This document shows positions 26,526 to 37,114 of a stretch of 64,000 nt of DNA, piece after piece (position 1 is the first letter of the stretch; each line of letters begins with the position of its first letter). The position numbers and the translations under genes are program-made. Location: assembly GCA_051362555.1 (NCBI GenBank), contig CM120644.1, positions 2,922,954 to 2,986,953 of the forward strand, given 5' to 3'. Origin of the DNA: Lingula anatina (Eukaryota > Animalia > Brachiopoda). Under the pieces are notes generated by a model. The model was not told where the DNA came from. It made no database searches and saw nothing but the letters and a program-made list of their open reading frames with translations.

Positions 26526-29500
26526 CTAGAATCCCATGCCACCCATTCCGCCCATTCCTCCCATTCCTCCGTCCATGCCACCCATGCCACCCATGCCAGG
26601 GCCAGTCTCTTTCTCAGGTAGTGTAGTGATCACAGTCTCGGCTGTTGACAGTAATGAGGCCACTCCTGCTGCATCTACCAAAGCTGTTCGGACAACCTGA
26701 AATACAAATATTGCACAAGCTTATCAATCCGTTTGTGTTCATGACGGGCGCTCCACCCTCCCCCTTCCTTCCTCCCCCCAAACCTTCAACACACAAAGAA
26801 CTGATAAATGAAACCAAATGTCCAACCAGACATTTTGCTCAGGTCACCATGTATTCCTTTTACTTCCATTCCAACAAAGACTTATTTGCTAATGAATAAG
26901 CCTGTTTTTTATTCAACATTAAGGTTGTAACATACATTTTCCTTTATACACGGACATATTCACTGCTTTCAGCAACCTAAACACTCACCTTTGTTGGGTC
27001 AATAATTCCCTTCTCAATCATGTCCACGTATTCGCCATTCATTGCGTCGTAACCCATGCTGCCTTCTTGATTCAGCACCTTCTCCACGACGAGCGCTGCG
27101 TCTACACCTGCGTTCTGTGCGATAACATGTGCTGGCACGCGCAGAGCCTTCCTGATAATTTCAATGCCTGGAGCCAAGAAAATTCTCCATCAATATTCAT
27201 AATAGTGATAACTTAATCCAGTGCAGCAGTTTTAGTTTGCTTTGAAATATTTCTTTAAAATGGATTATTACTAATACTATAAAGAGGCTAAACAGCAGCA
27301 GAAAAGGAAAATTCATAAATCTGTGAAACCTATAAAAACAAAATACGACTTTTTTCTAAATTCAAACGACAGTTTTCTAGAATTCAGTATCTAAGCAGGA
27401 CACCCTTGATGTTTGTTGCCAGTTGGTAGGAAGTTCAGACATTCTCAAAACTTTTATAACCAGTCATACATTAAGCTTAGCAGTTCTGAAAAAGCTGACG
27501 GTCCCAGAAAGACTGAAAAATTTTATATGACAGCTCTTAAACTGGTTGCCTGTCCATTGGACTGACTCAATACAATTTTCTACACTCAGGGTATTTTTTT
27601 CCCACCATGACAAGCAGAATCCACAATTTCATCATGTTATTCTGGTCATCTCACCTGTCTTTTGATCGTTATTGCCAGGTGAGAGAGAGTCCAGTGTTTT
27701 AATACACCTAAGGAGGGCAGTGCCACCACCAGGGACGATTCCTTCCTCCACTGCGGCACTAGTGGCATTTAGAGCATCGTTAATTCTGTCCTTCTTTTCT
27801 CCTACTTCTACTTCACTGTAGCCACCAATCTGAAAGTAATCAACAAAGTGAGACTAAATATATAATAATAATAATAAATACAAAAAGAGTGATAAATTCT
27901 GACTATAATGAGTTTTATTTATTGAAAAAAAATAATCAAATCTGATTAATACATTGAAATCTTAAAATTTCCTTTAGTCATTTATATATTAAAAAAAAAA
28001 AAAAAGGATGCAACTTCTTTCAAACATTAAGTAAAGCATTTTTGAGATACTGCACAGTAAAAAGAAGACCTAAGTGACAACCATAATGCCTTGGTGTATT
28101 CAAGTTATTTTTTTCTACAGTTAAAACACACCAAATAAATAGCAAAGTTTGATCATATAGTATTCTTCAAATTGCTCATTTGTCAAGAAACACACACCAA
28201 AAAATAAATTTAAAAAATCACCACCTACCTTCAATACTGCGACCCCATTGGACAGCTTGGCCACTCTTTCATTCAGTTTCTCTTTCTCATAATCTGAGTT
28301 GGTCATCTCAATCTCGTCCCTGATCTGTTCAACCCTCTTGTCCACGGCTTCTTTGGATCCATGACCCTGGATAAGTAAGAAAACAAAGTATGATACATGC
28401 ACTGGTTATCTTTTGATAAATAGACCACAAGTGCATCCAAGAAATATTGGTGTTGGTGGTGACTGGAAGGGGTTTGGGGAGCCGAGGGGTCTTCACTAAT
28501 TAGCAAAGGAAAAAGGTAATTCCTATCTTTGTGAATCACCCACTGAACATAATTAGGAATGGCATTGTAAAACATCAAATTCCTTCGTAAAAATCAAAAT
28601 GACAACAAACTGTTCTCAGACACAAACAGAACTCATCATTGGCCGTCAGACTACAGCACCTTTCTAACCATTAACTTTGGTGTTATTCATTGCTCATGTT
28701 CATCATAAAAGGTATCTCCACCTGGAAGAGTTCTCTCATGCAAGCACCCATAAAATAGGTTTCTTGGCTACTTTTTCAACTCCAAACATGTATCCTGTCA
28801 TTTTATACAAGTGACCATTTACAATAACATTTCCCTGCCTTTTAATCAATCAATCAACTAAAATTACCTTCATAATCAAGGTATCATCTTTCGTGACCAC
28901 GACCTCTGCGGCTCTACCAAGGTCATGGATCTGCACGTCTTCCAGTTTGTATAACTCTGCCTCGTCGCCAAAGACGATGCCACCTGTGGCGACCGCCATG
29001 TCTTTTAGTGTGTTCTTCCTGTTGTCTCCGAACCCTGGTGCCTTCACTGCACACACCTGGAGACCAATCTTCAGTCTACAACAGAACAGTAGAAATGGAA
29101 TTTTGTCTCTAGAGTTCGCCAGTTTAGTCAAGACCCAAAAAAAGACATTTTTCTCTGTGACACTCTTTTATGCGTGGGAAGAATGGTGAAGGGAGTAAGA
29201 GGTACTGCTAAATAACACTGAAGACGTAAAGCAAAATAGTTGCAATAAATGCATAAAATTTGCACTGTTTTATTGACATTTTTTAATAGAGACGTGTAGC
29301 ATGTTTGAATGACACAGCCAGCCTTGGGAAGGCAATAGCCATGTAAGTGAACAAGCTGATAGTTATTGTAGCACTGGCCTTACCAGAACCACCAGTATAG
29401 CAACACACTGGGGAACTCCGCATAGCCGTGCCAAAAATTATTTTCCTGCATTTTCTTTATGTTTATGACAAAGTTTCAATTCTCTCATGCAATTGTTCAA

Positions 29501-32500
29501 TCTAAATTTGTGCTGATATAATGAATTGAAAAACTTGGAAATGTAGATTTGAAACGTTACATGAATTTCTGAGTATGTAATATTCAGAATGAGAGGTTAA
29601 TAGTACTTGTTTCAAGATTATAGGTATAATACCATTTTATTTGTATTGGGAATTTTTCTACATCTTTAAAACAATGAACGCTAAATAAATATCACTTAAT
29701 ATAACATAAACATCCACAACATCAATATAAAATCCTACCCACCTGTTCAACACCAAGGCACCCAGAGCCTCACCATCCACATCTTCTGCGATGATCAACA
29801 GCGGCTGCTTCGCCTGATTGGCCAGTTCTAGAGCTGGGATGATCGTCTGAACATTGGAGATTTTCTTTTCGCTGAACAGAATCAGGCAGTCTGCAAATTC
29901 GCACTTAGCCCCTGTGTGAGAGATATGAAATGTTGGTTTTCATTTTTGAACCAAATAATTTTTTTTGAAATCATACATCTTCATTGGACAATAATGATAA
30001 TGCACAAAAGGCAAGTAAAACTCTTTCTGGACTTAGCTTATTTCAGGAGAATTATTATTTTGAATGACAAGTGAAAACTCACCTTTTGAGGAGTTCATAA
30101 AATAAGCAGAGATGTAGCCTCTGTCAAACTTCAGTCCCTCAATGACTTCCAACTCGTCCTGGGTCGTTTTGCCATCCTGAAAACAGCAACATGTCAAAAC
30201 ATTTTCTTTTGATTTCTCACGTCTCCGCTGATGACACTCTACAAGTCTAACTTGACTCAATAATTACACATAAAGAATTAAAATTTCTATCTTCTGTTTT
30301 CATCTCAATTAAATTAAGTTTGACGGTGGGTAGGAGAGCTTGCATCCACTAAGTAACTACAACCAAATATCCATATCCCATTTCATACACTTTTTAATTT
30401 CAAATTAATAAGCATTTACCAGCCTTTTATCTCATGTATCTCTGGCTCTCACCTTAACCGTGATGACTCCGTCCTTCCCCACTTTCTTCATAGCACTGGA
30501 GATGAGCTCCCCTATAGCTTTGTCCCCATTGGCTGAGATTGTTGCCACCTGGAAATGACCAATCACAAGAAATAATAATATAACAGTATCTCCTTCAAGC
30601 TAAACATGTTTTCACATCTTATTCGCTTATTTGTAGTTAGTAGACTTATCTGTTTTTTTACTTGCATCAATACAGGAGGAAGCCACTTGTGAGGTAACTT
30701 GCTTTCTATCCCCCCTTTCTCCCTTTTTTTTTTTTTTTTTTTTTTTGAAAGGAGGGGGGGGGCATTCTCCACTAAATATGCAAATGTTAAATGTTGATAA
30801 CAGTGAGTATACTTACATATTACACATATTACCTTTTATCATCAAAACAAGTGCATGGTGAAAGTTGTAACAACTGAAATTCCTACAATTTGGCATAATC
30901 CTAAAAGCTTTAACCCCTCACAAGTGTAGCATGTTTGAATGACACAGCCAGCCTAGTGCAGGCAGCAGCCATGTAAGTGAACAAGCTGATAGTTAATGTA
31001 GCACTGGCCTTACCAGAACCACCAGTCTAGTAATTCGCTGGGGAACTCCGCATGGCCGTGCAGGGGGAAAATTTCAACCTTAATTTAGACAATTTATTTG
31101 TTTCTTCACTCATACAATATTTAATGACCAAAAACTTAAAAGAGTACCTCAACAGAATTTTGGAAGAAAAATAACTTATGTTTCCATGACAAAAATCAAT
31201 GATACACAGTTTTTTCTTTATCACAAACCACAACTTAAAGTCAAGAGGTTAAGTCTGGGTAAGTCACCCTCTAGGCCAGTAAACGAGCATATTTTCCCCA
31301 TTGAGGTTGGAAAAAATTGGTGACAAAGGTTTCTCAACTGATTCTGGTCCGTTGAAGGCCCAATATAACCCAAAAAATTTCCCCCATGAATCCCCCCATG
31401 GCAAAGTCTCGTTTTCCACAAAAATCCAAAATGGCCGCTATTGAATGGGGTTGGTGGACTTGAAATCCATAACTTGGGAACCCAATGTCACAGAAACATG
31501 TTTTAAGTATCAACTCCTACTAAGTGAGGGATCCCCAATCTTTTGCAACTAATCTCAAGGTCACTGGAGGTCAAGGTCATGACCTTATTACAAGATCAAG
31601 GCATTTTTGGAGAAAAAAAAACCATAATGTCTATATGACAGTTCCCCAATGTCACAGAAACACGTTTTAAGTATCAACTCCTACTAAGTGAGGGATCCCC
31701 AATCTTTTGCAACCACTTTCAAGGTCACAGGAGGTCAAGGTCATGACCTAATCACAAGATCTATACATTTTGCGAGCAAAAAAATGACGTGATGTCCATG
31801 TATTGGTAACTTAATGTCACAAAAACATATTTTAGTCTTAACTATTATTGAATAATGCACCACCAATCTTTTGCAAATTTATTCAGAGTCATTAGAGGTC
31901 AAGGTCATGACCCTAATTTCAAGGACACTGCATTTTTCGAGCAGAAAATTCCCATATTATCTAAACCTTTGTAATTGGATGTCACAGAAGCATGTTTAAA
32001 TATCATAATGATTTCCTACTAAGTGAGGTTTTGAGGTTTTGCGAATAATTTGTAAATGCTTTCTAGGCCACCAGAGGTCAATGTCATGACCTTATTTTCA
32101 AGGTCATGGCATTTTAAGCTTGAACAAAATGCCATCATGTCTATATTTTGATAACCCTATGTCACAGAAACATGTTGAAAGTATCGATTCATACTAAGTT
32201 ACATATTGCCGATCATTTGAAACTATTTCTAGGATCACCAGCGGTCAGGGTCATATCCTTATAACAAGGTTGTTATAACATTTAAGAAAAATTGACTTTA
32301 CACTAATCAAAAACAACACAGGTGATTGTTTAAAGAATATTTCATTACAGAAAAGGCATCGACACTACTGCATGGTACTCATTTAAATCAATGACATTCG
32401 GTTTACAAGGCTTAAGGGTTTACTGTACCCATTTCAAAATAACTAAGTGTTATACAGATACGGTATATGTTCAAATAAAGCTGTGTTTTACATTATACAG

Positions 32501-35500
32501 GAACTAAAAGTGAAAAAAAAAAAAACATCAAGTACCTGAACCTTGTGTGAATATTCCACTATATGTCAGAACTACATTGTTCAAAACTTCCTATTCTATT
32601 GCAGGGAGGAGTCGAGCAATTACATTTCTTCAAAAACTTCAGATACATGTGGGAGACCTTTAAAGCTTAATAACATGACATACACTTGTTTCATACTGGG
32701 CAAAGACAGCCTATTACACAATAACCATTGCAGCCTCACATAAGACGTAAAAAATTGGAATATTACAGCATTCTATAATACTGCAGTGGGGGAATTAATT
32801 CATTTTGGGTACATAAACATTTAGATAAAATATCATGGAATTAGAAATGAGGACGTTTTATATTGGCCACAGGCTGGGGGGAAATATAACCAGGTGGAAT
32901 GGCACCTTTTTATGGTATTTACCTTCTTGCCCAGAAGACAGGTTGCTACACCATTTGAACATCTCTCCAGCTTTTAAAAACCATCAAATGTTGATTTCTC
33001 ATTGATATACACTTCCAGTGCTTCTCTCAAATCTTCGAACTTACTAGCCACAAGTTTATCACAATTGCTAGCTGTGGGTCTCTATACTAACAGTAGGTCT
33101 ACATGTAGTTGTGGGGTATGGGTCAAATTAAAGAGTCCCTTTCAGAGACAAATTCAAGGAGCAATTTTACTGCATGATGGACAGTGGTTAAAAGGCAATT
33201 GTGTCCTCTGCAGATAAGTTGGACTATTTACTTCAATGCAACTTCAACTGATATTTGTTAGAAGGCTAGTTACATGAGACTAGTTACATGATGAGCTTCA
33301 AACTGAAGGACACAAAGTCCTTTACATACGTGTTAGATCCTCCCCCACAGCTACAACTGTTTGTACGTCCCTTGTCCTTGGTGCTTTGACCATCAAATAC
33401 AGGCCTGTAGCCAGTGGCATTCTGGGTAAAATTTTATCTAGGTACACAAATATTTCTAGGTCCACTTTTTTCAGAAAAAGCCCCCCTCCCCCCTTTTGAG
33501 ACTGCTAGCTTGTCATAATGACTGTCGAATGAGATGCAGCAAAGTAAACGAAGGATGATGGTGAGAGCCTGTAGCCAGTTTCCTATCCTAACAGACCTGA
33601 TAAAAACTTCCAGTTTGCGATCATGTCTCAGTACTAGTTCTCCAATCTGACAGGAGCTGGCATGATATAAAAACATATAACTACTTTTGACACAGATGAG
33701 CACACCAAAAAACAGCAGTTGTAAAGTTTGTCGACCAAAACATATTACACTTTTTAATAGAGAGTTCACTTGTGGTGAACAAGTTCTCCCCAGCAAGTGG
33801 CCTGCTGCTTATTTCAGAATCCCACTGCAAGACCAAGAATTGGGATATTTAGGAAAACAGATGCTGAAATGACGCTCAAAGGGCACCATCTACAAGATTG
33901 TCTTCACACAAGACAAGTTACTAATTTTCCATTCAGCACATTAAAATTACCCAATTAACCCAAGTATCGACTTGCGACAGCATGCTCAGTAGGCTTGGGA
34001 GAGGGTATAGCTTTTAGACCTCACCCATCCATGATGGAGCAGAGTCGGAGCTATAGGTATTGAATCAACCATTAAGAATCAACACATTTTACCATTGGCA
34101 ATTCAGTAATGGCTAGCCTTTGGTTGTCATAAAAGCAACCAAATACAGATACTGATTAAATGGGTAAATAAATGTGCTTTATCCACTATCTCCTCTCTAT
34201 AATGGCACACAGATACTCCAAGGTAGATCATACATACAAAGGTGGGACAAGAAGGCTTTAGGTTAATCATTGGGCAGACAAGAAGAGAGCTTATGCCAAT
34301 AGTACCGGTATTAAAATGAAGTATTTACATCAAACAACAATGGGCTCAGGTTGCTCTATAAAATGTAACATTTGTCATAAAAAAATGGAGATGCATATTT
34401 TGCTCTTAAACAATCTTATGTGTTGTACTTAGATCACCCTAGAATCAAATTTTCATTAAATTTCATGATGACCTTGCAATAAGGTCAATCCTGTACCTCC
34501 TAGATTTTGGAAATAGTTGCAAATGATAAACAGGACCCCATTTACAAGGCATTATTGGCACGCTAAACACGTTTCTGTAACATTTGGTAATTGAGAAATT
34601 ATGGAATTTCGCTTGAAAATCTTACGACCTTGTAATTAGCGGTCATAACCTTAACCTCTGTTGACCTTTAAATTAGTTGCAATTGATTGTTGACTTCTCA
34701 TTAAGTAGGAATTGATACATTAAACATGCATGTTTTAGTGACGTACGGTTACCAAGTTATAGATAATATGATATAATTCACTTGGAAAATGCTATGCCCT
34801 TGAATTTATTTCATAATCTTGGCCTCTGGTGACCTTGAAAATAGTTGCAAGTGTTTGGCAGTGTCCCACTAGGTTGATACTGTTTCTTATAACATGTTTC
34901 TATGACAACAGGGAAACTGTCATATAGACATTATGGGTTTGTTTGCTCCAAAAATGCTTTGACCTTGTAATAAGGTCATGACCTTGACCTCCAGTGACCT
35001 TAAGACTAGTTGCAAAAGATTGGGGATCACTCACTTAGTAGGAGTTGATAATTAAAACATGTTTCTATGACATTGGGAAACTGTCATATAGACTTTACGG
35101 GGTTTTTTTTCCTCCAAAAATGCTTTGACCTTGTAATGAGGTCATGACCTTGAACTCCAGTGACCTTGAGACTAGTTGCAAAAGATTGGGGATCACTCAC
35201 TTAATAGGAGTTGATACTTAAAACATGTTTCTGTGACATTGGGAAACTGTCATTTAGACATTACGGGTTTTTTTCCTCCAAAAATGCTTTGACCTTGTAA
35301 TGAGGTCATGACCTTGACCTCCAGTGACCTTGAGACTAGTTGCAAAAGATTGGGGATCCTTCACTTAGTAGGAGTTGATACTTAAAACATGTTTCTGTGA
35401 CATTGGGTTCCCAAGTTATGGATTTCAAGTCCACCCACCCCATTCAATAGCGGCCATTTTGGATTTTTGTGGAAAACGAGACTTTGCCATGGGGGGATTC

Positions 35501-37114
35501 ATGGGGGAAATTTTTTGGGCTATATTGGGCCTTCAACGGACCAGAATCAGTTGAGAAACTTTTGTCACCAATTTTTTCCAACCTAAGTTGTTTATTGACT
35601 GGCCTACTCTGTGTCTCTCACCTGTGCTATCTCCTCTGGAGTGGTCACTTGTTTGGACATTGACTTCAGTTTGTTCACCACTGTCTCCACTGCCATCATC
35701 ATACCTGAGGACACAGGAAACAAAAACTTAAATCTAAAATTGCTGGAAAAATTATCTGGAGATTATAAAGAAAAAGTTGGGTCATGTCCATTTTCTAACT
35801 AGCCCTGCACTTCAGGCAAAATGGACAACAACAGCATGAAAACATTTTTTGATAGAATTCTGAATTAATTTTTTTTCTTAAAAAAACAAAAACAAAAACA
35901 AAAAAAAAACAAACAAACAAACAAACAAACAAACAAAAAAAAAACAACAATCTAATACTTCAAAGAACATTTTTTTTTTTCTGTAGCCAATAACTTTAAA
36001 ATTCAAATTGTTGTGTAAGGCATTGTCATTTGTATACAGTGCACAGCATTTTAAAATTCTCTCTCTGTTTTTACTTCATGTTATTACTCCTATTTACCCT
36101 TTCTGATCTCCACAGGATTAGCCCCCTTTGTAATGGACTCAAAGCCTTCCTGGGCAATCTTTCTGGCAAGAACTGTAGCGGTGGTGGTGCCATCTCCAGC
36201 CTCTTCATTTGTGTTATTGGCGACATCTTGGACCAGCTTGGCGCCTACGTTTTGGTATTTGTCTTTCAGTTCAATGGCCTTGGCTACAGTGACGCCATCT
36301 TTGGTTATTTTGGGGCTTCCCCAGCTTTGTTCAATGATCACATTTCTTCCCTGTAGAGATTTTACAAAAAAATTATCAATAAAAAGAGAAGTGGGTCTAA
36401 AATGTACAGATATCTTCACTTTTTACAACTTGTGCTCAGATTTTGTAGAACAATCTGTTCAATAAGAAATTCGAATCATCCCAAATTTGTCTTCAGAAGT
36501 GCACAAAAAGAACTAAAGAGGCTTTAAAACAATCACATTTTCTTCTTTAATTATTACATATCTGAATAAAATTTCAGGAATAATTTTTTCAGATCTTCAG
36601 TAAGGTAAAAACATAGCCCTCCCCCACACTTTTCAGCATTACACTCCAGGAATTGAAAAATATAATCTTTTAAATGAGAGAATTAGGGTGCATTCCCAGA
36701 GATTTAGATCGATCCAGAGATTTAGATCGACCTAACTCCCTGGGGGTTCACGCTAAATTGCAGTCAGCCGAGCGTGTACCATAGTTAATTACCCCCTTAC
36801 AGCTTTCAGTAGGCGGGACAGACACTTAAGCCGGCTAAGCTGACAGTAATCTAGTGAGACTCCCCACAGGGATAGATCGATCTAAAATCTATGGGAATGG
36901 GGTGTAAGTCTGCCACTTGGTAAAAAATTCCACCGTTCGTTACCTTTGGTCCCATGGTGACAGCCACGGCATCTGCCAGTAAGTTAGCACCCGCTAGCAT
37001 GCCAACGCGTGCCTCGCTGCCAAACTTCACTTCCTTGGCGTATGTTCGCACAGTCACGGAAGACTTCAACTGCTTTCCAAAGGTGGAACGTATGATACTC
37101 GATGCACGAAACAT
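26526..37114 (-). CDS. HSPD1: 60 kDa mitochondrial chaperonin HSP60, 578 aa; coding exons 37114-36944, 36350-36098, 35704-35622, 30548-30453, 30176-30083, 29911-29743, 29075-28868, 28366-28229, 27829-27655, 27167-26989, 26696-26526
   Basis: Mitochondrial presequence, [67 protein letters not shown]-type motif and a GGM tail. All splice phases are consistent (1737 nt). Confidence 0.97.
28612..28711 (-). ncRNA. Candidate intronic C/D box snoRNA in HSP60
   Basis: Host-sense order ATGATGA (C) ... CTGA (D') ... ATGATGA (C') ... CTGA (D) within ~90 nt. No terminal stem or target recognised. Confidence 0.35.
29292..29432 (-). ncRNA. Intronic H/ACA box snoRNA, copy A
   Basis: Hairpin, H box (ACAATA), hairpin, then ACA followed by 3 nt; ~140 nt, host-sense. 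A near-identical paralog lies in another HSP60 intron, with differences almost confined to the apical loops. Confidence 0.8.
30922..31062 (-). ncRNA. Intronic H/ACA box snoRNA, copy B
   Basis: Same fold, with H box ACATTA and terminal ACA. Pockets are identical to copy A, and there is a stem-preserving GGCU/GGCC change. Confidence 0.8.
31272..35606 (-). mobile_element. Academ-superfamily DNA transposon (non-autonomous/decayed), 4335 bp, in an HSP60 intron
   Basis: Termini TAGGCCAGT...ACTGGCCTA; 3-bp TSD CTC (31269-31271 and 35607-35609); ~1-kb inverted arms with ~164-bp subterminal tandem repeats. A relic transposase motif [13 protein letters not shown] lies in ORF 33434-33796. Confidence 0.8.
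36686..36904. mobile_element. Palindromic MITE (PIF/Harbinger-like ends) in an HSP60 intron
   Basis: gggtgcattcccagagatttagatcgat ... atcgatctaaaatctatgggaatg inverted ends; related to 17354-17602. Confidence 0.6.

Noticed and set aside
26800-26975. Possible C/D snoRNA in the last HSP60 intron
   Set aside because: A CTGA is present, but the C box is poor (GTGAATA) and there is no convincing guide.
31480-35410. Regularly spaced repeats as a CRISPR-like array
   Set aside because: Whole ~164-bp units are homologous with no unique spacers, and they are mirrored in the two transposon arms; the context is eukaryotic.
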